Part shown: piece after piece, positions 37,403 to 47,335 of the stretch
Layout: each line of letters starts with the position of its first letter
Position numbering within the stretch: the first letter of the stretch is position 1
Assembly: GCA_903837495.1 (NCBI GenBank)
Contig: CAILUT010000059.1
Span: 8,037-72,036 of the forward strand
DNA from: an uncultured Flavobacteriales bacterium
GTDB taxonomy: Bacteria; Bacteroidota; Bacteroidia; CAIKAF01
DNA: 64,000 nucleotides
Direction of reading: 5' to 3'
The notes under the pieces: model-generated
Told to the model about the DNA's origin: nothing
Database searches by the model: none
Seen by the model: only the letters and a program-made list of their open reading frames with translations
Translations under genes and position numbers: made by a program

Positions 37403-37945
37403 CTATTCTTCCACCACAAAAGTGCCTGCCGGGACCAAAAATTGGTACCTAGAAAAATCCAAATTGGCCTTCATGCCCAAGCCTGAAATCACCTGCCTGC
37501 CCGACCGAATCGAAACCGCTTCTGGACAGGTAATTTCCCCTTCCTTGTTTGGCAATTCACGCCAAAACAAGACCGAAGTTTTTAGGGTATCGCCTTTGGG
37601 ATTTGTAACAATCACCGAGCCGCTGGCCCGAATCACATTGGTTTTTTCGAACATCACAGCCGAATCGGCCGTTAAGCTTGAAATCACCTTGCCACGGGCA
37701 TCCAAAAACCGCATAATTAAACCTGCTGGCATTTGACTTCGGGGGTTTTCACCACCAAAAATTTCTCTAAGCGGGGCTTGCAATTCAAAGCGTTGCACAC
37801 CTGAATCGCTGTAAGCCAAGAAAAAATCCCGGGTTACCAACAGGGGGATGTCTTCCGAAAGCGGCAGGGGGATGACCTCCTGCATGTTGTTTGAGCAGGC
37901 CATGAAGCCCAAGCCCAAACCTGCCCAAAGAAGGAATTTGTGCAT
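37403..37945 (-). CDS. lptC: LPS export ABC transporter periplasmic protein LptC-like lipoprotein
   Basis: 180-aa ORF with a lipoprotein signal (GLGFMAC). The size and beta-rich sequence are typical of Bacteroidota LptC. It sits in the conserved neighbourhood with the TPR protein and coaX. Confidence 0.65.
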   Translation of the reverse strand: MHKFLLWAGLGLGFMACSNNMQEVIPLPLSEDIPLLVTRDFFLAYSDSGVQRFELQAPLREIFGGENPRSQMPAGLIMRFLDARGKVISSLTADSAVMFEKTNVIRASGSVIVTNPKGDTLKTSVLFWRELPNKEGEITCPEAVSIRSGRQVISGLGMKANLDFSRYQFLVPAGTFVVEE

Positions 37946-37948
37946 TCT

Positions 37949-39334
37949 TTACCGGGTGCGCACCGTCGTTGTGGTCTGAATCCAGCAGCCTACACTCACG
38001 CTGTCGCCGTCCTTCATTTCAATAAAGAAGCAATCTGCCTTTAAAGGATAGGATCCGGCCATGTTGTTCAGTCTTTTTTGGGCTTTTTCTGCCACCGAAG
38101 GATCTATGCTTTTGGCTTTGATGTACTGGTCAGAAGCGGCCCAATAGGCACCAAACGAGGTGCATTTGTTGTCGGTAGTGCAAGTTCCGCCGGAGCTGGC
38201 ATACAAATCTCCAATAAAAATATAGGGTTCACCCCAGTTGGGCTGAATTTCGGCGGCCATGCGTGCGGCCTGACGGGCTCCCGACAAGCTGCCTGCTTCG
38301 CGTTGGGCTGAGGCTTGAACCATAAGGAACTTGGCCTTTTTAATGGGGTCTGCTTCCAAGTCAACGGCCTTTTTAAACGCGGTTACGGCCTTGTTTTCTT
38401 CTTTAGCTAAGGTGTACATTCTACCTAAGCGAAGGTATGCGGTTGCATTTGGATAGAATTCGGCATTTTTTTCCATAATGCCGATCAAATTTGCGTTGCT
38501 TACATATTCTGGTTTTTTGGCGCAAGACTTCCGGTCCAAGGCCGCCGAGGTTTTCCGGATCCATGAAGAATCGCTGGATTTGCTGGCAAAATCCCGTTCC
38601 AATACTTCCATTAGGTTTTCGCAGGTCAAACATGGGCCAGCCAAATCGCTCACTTTATTTTGAGCCAGTTGAAAGTTGTTCCATTTAATGCTGTCGGCCT
38701 CGGTTATATTTTCCAATCCACTTTCAATTAAATCGTTGATTAGGTTGTAGGCGTCAATGACGTCTCCGCAGTCTTTTTTATTGGCTTTGCGCAAAAAGGC
38801 GGTGTAAATCATGTGCAAATACATAACCTGGGCCTCTGTGTTTTCTTTTTCCAATTCCAGCACTCGTTTGCTCCAGCCATAAATCTCGTCCACTTTGTTT
38901 TTATCGTACAAGGCCAAGGCCTTCACCTTTTTGCCTAAAATAAATCCTTCGGTTCCGTATTTTGAATCCTGCCTACCGGCTTCAAATCGTCTTTCATACA
39001 ACAAAAAGAGGGTATCTATCCATCCTTTTTTTATGCTTTCATCGGTCTCTTTTTTAATTAGATCTTGAAGCATGACTTCACCGCGAATGTACAAACCTGT
39101 TCCGGGCGTCAGGCAGTTGTTCAGCAAATACCGAAACGCGGGCAAGGCATATTGATAGTCCTTAATTTTGGCGTTGTCGGTAAAAATTTGAAACTCTTTT
39201 TTGCACTCATCGCTTCCTGCGGCCACTTCTTCTGTGGCCGATTCGTCTTGAGCCCAAGCGGCGTTGTTGAACGTACCTAGGGTCAGCAATCCAAAACTGA
39301 GTAATCCGATGTGCAAAATCCTGAAAGGGTTCAT
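37949..39334 (-). CDS. TPR-repeat protein, function unknown
   Basis: It has a signal peptide from the ATG at 39334 (MNPFRILHIGLLSFGLL) and TPR-like helical repeats throughout. The longer ORF would overlap the upstream gene by about 120 nt. Confidence 0.6.
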   Translation of the reverse strand: MNPFRILHIGLLSFGLLTLGTFNNAAWAQDESATEEVAAGSDECKKEFQIFTDNAKIKDYQYALPAFRYLLNNCLTPGTGLYIRGEVMLQDLIKKETDESIKKGWIDTLFLLYERRFEAGRQDSKYGTEGFILGKKVKALALYDKNKVDEIYGWSKRVLELEKENTEAQVMYLHMIYTAFLRKANKKDCGDVIDAYNLINDLIESGLENITEADSIKWNNFQLAQNKVSDLAGPCLTCENLMEVLERDFASKSSDSSWIRKTSAALDRKSCAKKPEYVSNANLIGIMEKNAEFYPNATAYLRLGRMYTLAKEENKAVTAFKKAVDLEADPIKKAKFLMVQASAQREAGSLSGARQAARMAAEIQPNWGEPYIFIGDLYASSGGTCTTDNKCTSFGAYWAASDQYIKAKSIDPSVAEKAQKRLNNMAGSYPLKADCFFIEMKDGDSVSVGCWIQTTTTVRTR

Positions 39335-39356
39335 GGCAAGCGTATTTAGTTTAAAG

Positions 39357-40745
39357 TTAATTAAATCTGGGTTGATCAAACCACCAATCTCGAAGCGATA
39401 TTCCCAGGGTAACTCGGACAAAAAACTCCCGGTACGACCCTGGAGCGTCCGAACCCATCCAGAGGAGTTGGGTGCCAATATTCAGGTATGAACCCAGATA
39501 TTTGCTTTGGCCCATGTTTCTACCTCTTCGAAATCCATGGTTGAACGGTAAACCCAATCCAATTCCCATGCCAAATTCGGTGGCTGGAAATTTTTCAGGT
39601 TGAAAAGTATTGATTTGATAATGAACTCCGAGTCGAGCGATTAGGTTTCGGCTAAACAAATTTCCTTTGGCTTTTTGTTTCCAATTCCCTGGCTGGCCTT
39701 GAAATCCGAGTCCAATGCCCCAGCCATCGGCGTACAATCCTGCGGGGTCGTTGAAATACCGAAATTGGCTGCCCGTGGTATAGTGGGCATCGGCAACCCA
39801 AAGCCATTTCCCAGGGTTGCTCCACTGAATTCCTGCCCGCAGCGTGCTGGGCATTTCAACGGCGGCTCCGATTTCTTGACTCAATTGTAGGGTATCGCCC
39901 ACCAAATTGAAAGCTCCAGCAACATATTGCATGCCCAGCTGTGTTCTTGATGCCGAAATGGGCATGCCTGGCTGATACGATACCCCAAGAACCAACTCAT
40001 GCCGTTTCTTTAAGGTATCAATGCCCCCTTTTGCGTTTGGAACAGCCCGCTTGAAATTCAATTGAATTCGATGCTGTGCCCCAAAGTCATAGGAAATGGA
40101 ACCCGCTTCTACTTCCTCGCGGTTGCGGGTCGAGAAAAAGCCTTGGTTTGCAGGCAAAATCAAATTCCGGTCGCGCGTCAACGAGCCAAAGGTGTAATGA
40201 ATGCCCGCACCTAAGCTCAACCGTTTAAACAAAACAAAGCCATGGTACCAGGACACGCGATTCCAACCTCCACTTCCATTAAAAACGCGCTCCACAGGAA
40301 TGGTATCTCCATTGCTTATAACCGATGAGGAATCGCGCATGGAATAACCAATTTGCGAAAAGGGTGAAAAAGAAAGGGCCATGGAATATTGAAATCCTTT
40401 GGTTTTTCTTAAAATAGGAAGCCCTAAGCTAAAATGGTTTACGTACAAATTTCCAAAGCTATACTTTGTATTTCCGATGCTGCGGGTTCCGCTGTTTACT
40501 TCGCTGCCCACCTGTAGAGTAACCAAATCTACCGCCGAAATGGAGGCAGGATTTAGAAAGTTCAAACTCATGGAATCCCGCAGGGCAGCTCCCGTTTGCC
40601 CCATTGCTGCTCCATGTTGAGCAAAAGGTCTTTGCCATTCTCCGATTCCATAAATGGAATAGGGCGAAAAGTCATCGACTTGTGCCTGTGCCAATCCTAC
40701 CGAAACGAACATTCCGAGCAGTACAATCCGTTTAACTATGCGCAT
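39357..40745 (-). CDS. putative outer-membrane beta-barrel protein, function unknown
   Basis: It has a signal peptide (MRIVKRIVLLGMFVSVGLAQAQ), an alternating-strand pattern and a C-terminal aromatic residue. Its ATG overlaps the coaX stop by 1 nt (TGATG). Confidence 0.5.
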   Translation of the reverse strand: MRIVKRIVLLGMFVSVGLAQAQVDDFSPYSIYGIGEWQRPFAQHGAAMGQTGAALRDSMSLNFLNPASISAVDLVTLQVGSEVNSGTRSIGNTKYSFGNLYVNHFSLGLPILRKTKGFQYSMALSFSPFSQIGYSMRDSSSVISNGDTIPVERVFNGSGGWNRVSWYHGFVLFKRLSLGAGIHYTFGSLTRDRNLILPANQGFFSTRNREEVEAGSISYDFGAQHRIQLNFKRAVPNAKGGIDTLKKRHELVLGVSYQPGMPISASRTQLGMQYVAGAFNLVGDTLQLSQEIGAAVEMPSTLRAGIQWSNPGKWLWVADAHYTTGSQFRYFNDPAGLYADGWGIGLGFQGQPGNWKQKAKGNLFSRNLIARLGVHYQINTFQPEKFPATEFGMGIGLGLPFNHGFRRGRNMGQSKYLGSYLNIGTQLLWMGSDAPGSYREFFVRVTLGISLRDWWFDQPRFN

Positions 40746-41476
40746 CAGCGGTTCCATTTCCATATATGCACCATTCCTTCAAAAACCAAAAGAGGTGCGG
40801 CAAAGATGCGATTTTTAGGGTTAGCCTCAAAATACTTCGAATCGCCTCCGGTTAGGTAAACGAATCCCTCTGGTTTTTGTTTTTTAAACTGTTGAATGCT
40901 TTCTTCGATTTCATTCTTCCAACCTTTATAAGCTCCCAAAATAAGCGCTTCTTCTGTGTTTGTTGGGAATTGGGGAAGGGTATTGGGGTTTAAACCATCT
41001 AGGTTAACCAAGGGCAATTGACCGGTAAAGGCATGCATGGCTTTTGCCCGCAAATGCAAGCCGGGCGAAATGGGGCCGCCCAAATGGCCTTGAACCGAAT
41101 CTAGGTAATCAACGGTGATGCAGGTGCCAGCATCTATAATTAAGGCGTCTGCATTTTTGTTTCTTGAAAATGCGCCAGCAACCGCTGCCATGCGGTCTGC
41201 CCCCCATTTGCTTTGGTCGTACTTGCTTGAAAAGGGTAGGGAAGTATTGGCCCCAAGGCTTAAAATGGGGCCTTTCCAATGGTGTACAATCGCTGGAATT
41301 TCCTTTGACACCCCACACCATACCAGCGGGTAGCCACTTTCTGCTTCCGCCTCTGTTATTGAATTAGCTGCTTTTTGGGTCCATTCCCAGCTGTTCTTAG
41401 CTTCGTTCCATGCACTCACCTTGGCATTTGAATTGCCTGAATCTAAAGCATAAATAAGCGGTTGTTTGGTGTCCAT
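40745..41476 (-). CDS. coaX: type III pantothenate kinase
   Basis: It has ASKHA-fold motifs (YALDSGNSNAKV, LIIDAGTCITVD). The ATG at 41476 is used because the longer ORF overlaps the tRNA-Phe gene and its terminator. Confidence 0.87.
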   Translation of the reverse strand: MDTKQPLIYALDSGNSNAKVSAWNEAKNSWEWTQKAANSITEAEAESGYPLVWCGVSKEIPAIVHHWKGPILSLGANTSLPFSSKYDQSKWGADRMAAVAGAFSRNKNADALIIDAGTCITVDYLDSVQGHLGGPISPGLHLRAKAMHAFTGQLPLVNLDGLNPNTLPQFPTNTEEALILGAYKGWKNEIEESIQQFKKQKPEGFVYLTGGDSKYFEANPKNRIFAAPLLVFEGMVHIWKWNR

Positions 41477-41510
41477 TTTCCCGATTATGGCGCTTTGGCT
41501 GAGTGCGAAA

Positions 41511-41537
41511 ATAAAAAAACCCCGCAACCGGGGTTTG
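41511..41537 (-). terminator. rho-independent terminator after tRNA-Phe
   Basis: On the minus strand the stem ACCCCG/CGGGGT with loop GTTG is followed by U7, directly after the tRNA 3' end. Confidence 0.75.
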
Positions 41538-41610
41538 TGGTACCAGTTGGAATCGAACCAACGACACAAGGATTTTCAGTCCTTTGCTCTACCGACTGAG
41601 CTATGGTACC
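41538..41610 (-). tRNA. tRNA-Phe (anticodon GAA)
   Basis: The reverse complement is GGTACCATAGCTCAGTCGGTAGAGCAAAGGACTGAAAATCCTTGTGTCGTTGGTTCGATTCCAACTGGTACCA. It folds as a cloverleaf with anticodon loop CUGAAAA and T-loop GGTTCGATTCC. CCA is not encoded. Confidence 0.93.
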
Positions 41611-41624
41611 TTAATTGGGGAGTG

Positions 41625-41632
41625 CAAATGTA
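41625..41632 (-). promoter_or_regulatory. Bacteroidota -7 promoter box (TACATTTG) for tRNA-Phe
   Basis: The minus-strand TACATTTG matches TAnnTTTG, 14 nt upstream of the mature tRNA 5' end. Confidence 0.45.
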
Positions 41633-41749
41633 TAAAAAAAATGTTGGCCTAGTCGAATTAGAACAACTTTATGCGGTGAAGTGAAGGAAAAGGGACACTG
41701 GAATTGTGCTTTGAGGAATCCCATTGCCCATGAAAACAGGTAGATTTGG

Positions 41750-42232
41750 TTAAAAACTGTACATCAAACCAATGTGGGGAACAAACCCAACGGCGGCTCT
41801 TTCAGCCAATAAGATGGGCATTCGAATGCCGCCTTCTGCATACAAGAAAGGAGTTAGTTCGTACCTATATCGGACATCGGGATTGATTAAGAAACCGCCC
41901 CCATTTCCGAACAAACCTCCTATGCCGGCATTGGCTATGATTTGCCCTTTACTCAATGGGAAATGGTAGCCGCCTTTGGCAACAAACGAAAATGCGGCTG
42001 CCCCAAAATTAAAGGAAACCAACCCCGCTTCCATTCCCCCCGAAATTTTTGGGGTTATTTGGTAGCTGATGTCGGCGTTCCATTGAAACCAAGCGGCAGC
42101 TCCGGAACTAACCACTGGCCCTATGCCAATATTGGTTCCGGTGAAGAAACCGATTGGCACACGGTAGGTCTGTGCTTGGGAAGCCATTGAAATTCCAAAA
42201 AACAATACAAACAGCAGAGCCAATTTACGCAT
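41750..42232 (-). CDS. small outer-membrane beta-barrel (porin-family) protein
   Basis: It has a signal peptide from the ATG at 42232 (MRKLALLFVLFFGISMASQAQ), glycine/aromatic-rich strands and a C-terminal F. Confidence 0.6.
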   Translation of the reverse strand: MRKLALLFVLFFGISMASQAQTYRVPIGFFTGTNIGIGPVVSSGAAAWFQWNADISYQITPKISGGMEAGLVSFNFGAAAFSFVAKGGYHFPLSKGQIIANAGIGGLFGNGGGFLINPDVRYRYELTPFLYAEGGIRMPILLAERAAVGFVPHIGLMYSF

Positions 42233-42309
42233 ACGGACTTTGTATTTTAGAAATGAATATACCACAAAAATACGCCAAAACCCTTGCAATCGCAAACGGT
42301 ACCTTTGGT

Positions 42310-45138
42310 TTAATCTTCTGCCTTTTTGAGTATAATCGGCATGTCAAGGACCTCTAGTTTCGATTTCAATTTGGCATAATCGGCCACAACCACAATCCAA
42401 ACCGATTGGGGATCTAAATAGCGTTTCAGGTGGAAATTCATTTGCTCTAAGTTCAAGCCTTTAAGCATGTTTTTTTGTTTCGTTGGGTAATCTACCATGG
42501 ACTGATAGGTCAATATATTTTTCAAAATAGATTGCCGTTGCCAGGGCGTCTCATAATTTAAGGCATCGCGTTGGGCCATCGCCAAGCGGGTAAACTCCAA
42601 TTCAGCTTCTGTGGGTCCTTGTGAGGTGTATTCGCCCAATTCCCGTACAATTTCGAGCAAGGTTGAATCTGTTGTTTCATGCAAGAAGGAACCCGAAATT
42701 TGGAAATACCCCAAATTTAGGTTGGATTGGAATGCACCCCGAACCCCATAGGTGTATCCCTTGTTTTCCCGTAAATTTAAGTTCAAGCGGCTGTTGAAGG
42801 CGCCGGAAAAAGGAAAAACGGCAACGGTTGACATAAAATGAGGGCCTAGGGCTGAATAGGGCATGCCTGGAGAAACCCAGCGGATTTCGGACTGAGCAGA
42901 CCCCGGCTTATCTACCACCACCAGGGTGGGCCGCATGGGGAATTTCAACTTTGGTATGGAAGATGTGTTTTCGGAGGGTTGCCTTTTGAGTTTGTTTAAG
43001 AAGCCCAATTCTGCTTCCAATTCCTGCGCATTTGAAAATCCTACGGCCGCGATCATGGTTTGAGAAGGCTGGAAAATTTTGTCGTACCATTCCAAAATAT
43101 GTTTGCGGCTTATATCGCTGCTGCTTTTCACGGTTCCTGCTTCGGGCAGTGCCGCCCGGTGGCCTTCCATCAAGGTGGAATTTACCATGTCAGAGGCCAA
43201 GGCTCCAGCATTGTTTTTTCTGTTTTTTAAATTCTCCACTTGTTGCTTCTTAAGGCGTTCCAAATCTTCCGCATCAAAGGCTGGATTTAGCAAACGCTCT
43301 TCTACAATTTGAAGGACATCTGAGAGGTCTTTCTTTAGGCATCGTATAGAAATTCCCGTTTCAAGGCTAGAATTGTAAAAAAAGACAGATGCTCCTAGGG
43401 ATTTCAAGCGGTCGTTCAGGTCCACGGCCGAGGATTTCAGCGATTTTTCTTCCAACAGGTCAACCATCAGTTGCCCAACCCCCGCCAATTGAATGGACTC
43501 GTTCCAATACCCCGTGGGCCAAGAAATCTGCAAAGAAATCAAGGGCAGTTCCGGATACGAAGTTCCTACGGCCATGGCTCCAGAAGCGAGGGTTTGTTTC
43601 CAAATTTGCATTTCGCTGTCGGGAATTGCCGCTGTGGCTTGGGGCTTTTTAGACCGATCAAAATCGTCTTTGCCCTTCGTGTAAGACACCTGAGCATACT
43701 CAGAGAGGTCGGGACGGTACCCATCGGGCAATGCAGGCCTTCCTGAATTGTCTGGAGCGGCCGCCGGCATTTCCACGTCTTTTGGTAAGCAAGAAAGATA
43801 GACCGCAGGCTTTCCTTTTAAGTAGGTGTAAAAGGCGGCCATTACCTGCTCTGGGCGCACGTTTCGATACCGGGCGATTTCGGTTAGCCTGTTTTTAGGT
43901 GAGCCGGTAAAGGTTTGGTAATAGGCCAGCTGGGCTGCTTTTCCAGATATTGAGGCCAAGCCTTCAATGGCTTCAGCCTCCTGTTGATTGGCAAACCGTT
44001 CAATGTCTTCAGCACGTACCCCCCGTTTTTCGAACGCCAATAGGCTTTTTTCCCATTCTTCTTTTAAGTTGGGCAAGGAAGCGTTTGGGAAGCCCGTCAG
44101 GCTCACCGAAAAATAGCCTGCCAGCTCGGCAGTAGAGTGGTATGCGTACGCCGATTTGGCCTTTTCTGTCTTTTCCAGCTGCTGATACAAAACAGAGCTC
44201 TTTCCATTCCCAATCAAATCCGAGAGAATGTCTAGGGCTGCTTCGTCTTCGTGCCTAGATTCAACGGTGGGATAGGCGATGGACAAAAGTGGAAATCGAA
44301 CCTTGTCTTTGTAAGAAACAAACCGATTGGCTTGCAGCTTGGCGGGTATTGGCTGCATAGATTTAACTTCGGGTCCCCGCGGAATAGAGCCAAAATAGGT
44401 TTTTACCCAACTTAAGCACTGCTCCCGGTCAAAATTGCCCGCAATGGTTAAAGTGGCATTGTTGGGTCCGTACCACCTCAGGAAAAACCGTTTTAAATCA
44501 TCTAGGTTTGCCGCATTTAAATCCTCAATGTAACCAATGGTAGTCCAAGAATAAGGGTGCCCAAAGGGGTACAGGGCCTCCATGGTTTTTTCATAGACCA
44601 AGCCATAAGGCCTGTTGTCGTAGCGTTGGCCCCGTTCGTTTTTCACCGTGGCTCTTTGAATTTCAAATTTCTTTAGGGTAACGGCATCTAAAAAGAAACC
44701 CATGCGGTCGGCTTCCAACCACAAAGCGGTTTCCAATTGATTGGAGGGCATCGTTTCGAAATAATTGGTCCGGTCTAAATTGGTGGTTCCGTTTAAGGTG
44801 CCGCCCGCTTCGGTTACAATTTTGAAATGTTCCTCATCGGCCACATTGTCTGAACCCTGAAACATCATGTGCTCAAAAAAGTGTGCAAACCCTGAACGGC
44901 CGGGCATTTCACGGGCCGAGCCTACGTGGTAGGTTACATCGACGTGCACCATCGGGTCCGATTTGTCGGGGTGCAAAATCACAGTCAACCCATTTTCCAG
45001 TTGAAACTTTTCATACGGAATTATCCAAGGATTGTTGGCATCTGCAGCTTGAAACTCAATAGGGGTGGTTTGAGCAAATCCATTCAGGAATAAACCCAAA
45101 CCGAACCAAATAGAAATCTGTTTCATCGATGTTTTCAT
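42310..45138 (-). CDS. M16-family (pitrilysin/insulinase) zinc peptidase, double-unit
   Basis: 942-aa ORF with a signal peptide, the inverted zinc motif HFFEHMMFQG (HxxEH), and a second, inactive M16 pair in the C-terminal half. Confidence 0.88.
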   Translation of the reverse strand: MKTSMKQISIWFGLGLFLNGFAQTTPIEFQAADANNPWIIPYEKFQLENGLTVILHPDKSDPMVHVDVTYHVGSAREMPGRSGFAHFFEHMMFQGSDNVADEEHFKIVTEAGGTLNGTTNLDRTNYFETMPSNQLETALWLEADRMGFFLDAVTLKKFEIQRATVKNERGQRYDNRPYGLVYEKTMEALYPFGHPYSWTTIGYIEDLNAANLDDLKRFFLRWYGPNNATLTIAGNFDREQCLSWVKTYFGSIPRGPEVKSMQPIPAKLQANRFVSYKDKVRFPLLSIAYPTVESRHEDEAALDILSDLIGNGKSSVLYQQLEKTEKAKSAYAYHSTAELAGYFSVSLTGFPNASLPNLKEEWEKSLLAFEKRGVRAEDIERFANQQEAEAIEGLASISGKAAQLAYYQTFTGSPKNRLTEIARYRNVRPEQVMAAFYTYLKGKPAVYLSCLPKDVEMPAAAPDNSGRPALPDGYRPDLSEYAQVSYTKGKDDFDRSKKPQATAAIPDSEMQIWKQTLASGAMAVGTSYPELPLISLQISWPTGYWNESIQLAGVGQLMVDLLEEKSLKSSAVDLNDRLKSLGASVFFYNSSLETGISIRCLKKDLSDVLQIVEERLLNPAFDAEDLERLKKQQVENLKNRKNNAGALASDMVNSTLMEGHRAALPEAGTVKSSSDISRKHILEWYDKIFQPSQTMIAAVGFSNAQELEAELGFLNKLKRQPSENTSSIPKLKFPMRPTLVVVDKPGSAQSEIRWVSPGMPYSALGPHFMSTVAVFPFSGAFNSRLNLNLRENKGYTYGVRGAFQSNLNLGYFQISGSFLHETTDSTLLEIVRELGEYTSQGPTEAELEFTRLAMAQRDALNYETPWQRQSILKNILTYQSMVDYPTKQKNMLKGLNLEQMNFHLKRYLDPQSVWIVVVADYAKLKSKLEVLDMPIILKKAED

Positions 45139-45213
45139 TTGTTCAAAGGTAAAAACTATTTACCCCAAATGTTCATCCTTCCCCAAAAGGGTGGCATAGG
45201 CCTTGGGGCTGTC

Positions 45214-45690
45214 TTAAAACAACTGAAAAGTAAAGGGCAACAAATGCTCGATTCCGCAACAACGGGTAAGCTGATCGCCGGGGCCTTCAAAAATGATGTC
45301 AATAGGTTCGTTGTTTTGCCTTGCTTGCGTTTCTGAAATAACCTGCCGGCACCCCCCACACGGAGCATACACGCGGCTTGCATCTTTCAATTCTGAAACC
45401 ACTGCAATGCACAAGGTTTTAATTTTCACCTTCGGATGCGTTGCTCCAACAAAATTCAATACCACCCGCTCGGCACACATTCCACTGGGGTATGAGGCGT
45501 TTTCTTGGTTTGAAGCCGAAACTATTTCTCCGGTTTCCAATTGCACGGCTGCACCAACAAAAAACTGGCTGTATGGTGCATGCGCATTTAAGGCTGCCTT
45601 TCTAGCTTCTGCCAATACCTGTGCCTCAGCCGTACTTAATGCACGCTCTGAAAGAGTAAAAAATTCTGGAGCAACAACCAATTTTTGCAT
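45214..45690 (-). CDS. cdd: cytidine deaminase
   Basis: 158-aa ORF with the zinc ligand motifs CAERVVL and PCGGCRQ. Confidence 0.9.
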   Translation of the reverse strand: MQKLVVAPEFFTLSERALSTAEAQVLAEARKAALNAHAPYSQFFVGAAVQLETGEIVSASNQENASYPSGMCAERVVLNFVGATHPKVKIKTLCIAVVSELKDASRVYAPCGGCRQVISETQARQNNEPIDIIFEGPGDQLTRCCGIEHLLPFTFQLF

Positions 45691-45943
45691 AACAGTATGA
45701 ATTTCGAAAGGGCGTCAAAGGTACATTAATTTACCTTCTAGGCCGCATCATGTAAGCAATGGCTTGCTTTTAACCAAATTCCAAATTCCCTCCCTGTTTT
45801 TTGGCTTGCAATTTTTTATAATTTCCCCCATGTCTATGGCTGCTGCGCTTTTTTATTCACTTCAAAAACCTTCAGGTTGTCTTCAATTGGTAAAATGATG
45901 TTAACAGTAAGATAAACCGCCTTTCAGTTCCTACCTTTGCCTC

Positions 45944-47335
45944 ATGAATTTTCCTGTTTTTTCTTCCTCCGAAGGCAAGCCATCGGCTTCGCCAAGCACG
46001 TATCTTTTTATAGGTGCTCCTTTGCGTTCCGTGGGCAATTGGCCGAGTGTGCTGAGTTCTTGGTTGGAGCCATTTGTAGGATCCAATTCCAAACCCGGAT
46101 TGTACTCGTTTCAACATCCTGATTTTAAGGCTGTACTGATTGTTCCAGAAACAACCAACCTCGAAGCGTTTCGCCGGCAGGTTGCTTCGGTAAAGGTGGA
46201 TAAAACAATCCTTGTTTTTTCAGCTGTGTCCAGTCAAATGGCTTTGGCCGGATTGGAATCTATGGCCTTGGGCAGTTATGCGTTTAAACGAACGGAAAGC
46301 TTAAATTTTTATTTTCCAGAAGCAAACGAGCAGGAGCTGAATGCGCTTTCTATTGTTGTGGATTCGGTTTATCAGGTCCGCGATTGGGTAAATATGCCCC
46401 ACAACCAATTGAACAGCACCGTCCTTCATGCCGAAATCCAACGCATTGCTTCTTTGTATGGAATGAAGTACGAAGGCTTAGGCCCGAAAGCCATAGAGGC
46501 CCTAAAAATGGCGGGCCTAGAATCTGTGAATAAAGGAAGCGACAACCCGCCTTTGTTTGCCATTCTCGAATACTGCCCAATGGGGAAGGAACAAGATCAG
46601 CCCATCGTTTTGGTAGGAAAAGGCGTTACCTTCGATACCGGAGGCCACAGCCTAAAGACGGCAAAAGGCATGGAAGAGATGAAAGGGGATATGGCCGGTG
46701 CCGCAACGGTTTTGGGCGTGATGATGGGGCTGGCACGAAACAAGTACCCACAAAAGGTTGTGGCATTGTTGCCCGTTACCGATAACCGCCTTGCCCCTTC
46801 AAGTTTAAGTCCGGGCGATGTTGTTGCCTATTCCAATGGTTTGACTGTCGAGGTATTGAACACCGACGCCGAAGGCCGATTGATTTTGGCCGATGCCCTT
46901 TTGTACGCATCAAAACTAAATCCATCGTATGTTATGGATTTGGCCACCCTGACCGGGTCGGCCCATGCCGCAGTAGGCGAGGGGGCCATGGTTGCTTTCG
47001 AATCAGATGCCACGCAGGTTTTTGAAAAATTGAAAGCCGCTGGAGAAAGCGTAGGAGAGCACATTGTTCAATTTCCCCTTTTGCCTGAGTACGACGAACA
47101 GCTGAAGTCAACGGTGGCCGACCTTAAAAATATTGGAGGCGGATTGGCCGGTGCCATTACCGCAGCGTTATTTTTGAAACGATTTACCAGCTTCCCCTGG
47201 ATTCACATCGATTTGTCCATGGCCTTGGCTTCAGCACCTTGCTATTACCGCACTGCTGGAGGTACAGGTTCTGGCGTTCGCCTTTTGCTTGAATTTTTTG
47301 ACAAGGCCTCAAACCTGCCGATTTCCAAACCATGA
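45944..47335 (+). CDS. pepA: leucyl aminopeptidase (M17)
   Basis: 463-aa ORF with VGKGVTFDTGG and the M17 signature NTDAEGRLILAD. Confidence 0.9.
   Translation: MNFPVFSSSEGKPSASPSTYLFIGAPLRSVGNWPSVLSSWLEPFVGSNSKPGLYSFQHPDFKAVLIVPETTNLEAFRRQVASVKVDKTILVFSAVSSQMALAGLESMALGSYAFKRTESLNFYFPEANEQELNALSIVVDSVYQVRDWVNMPHNQLNSTVLHAEIQRIASLYGMKYEGLGPKAIEALKMAGLESVNKGSDNPPLFAILEYCPMGKEQDQPIVLVGKGVTFDTGGHSLKTAKGMEEMKGDMAGAATVLGVMMGLARNKYPQKVVALLPVTDNRLAPSSLSPGDVVAYSNGLTVEVLNTDAEGRLILADALLYASKLNPSYVMDLATLTGSAHAAVGEGAMVAFESDATQVFEKLKAAGESVGEHIVQFPLLPEYDEQLKSTVADLKNIGGGLAGAITAALFLKRFTSFPWIHIDLSMALASAPCYYRTAGGTGSGVRLLLEFFDKASNLPISKP

Noticed and set aside
41477-41569. N-terminal extension of the coaX ORF.
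   Set aside because: It would overlap the tRNA-Phe gene and its terminator on the same strand. The conserved CoaX N-terminus (LIYALDSGNSNAK) follows the internal ATG at 41476.
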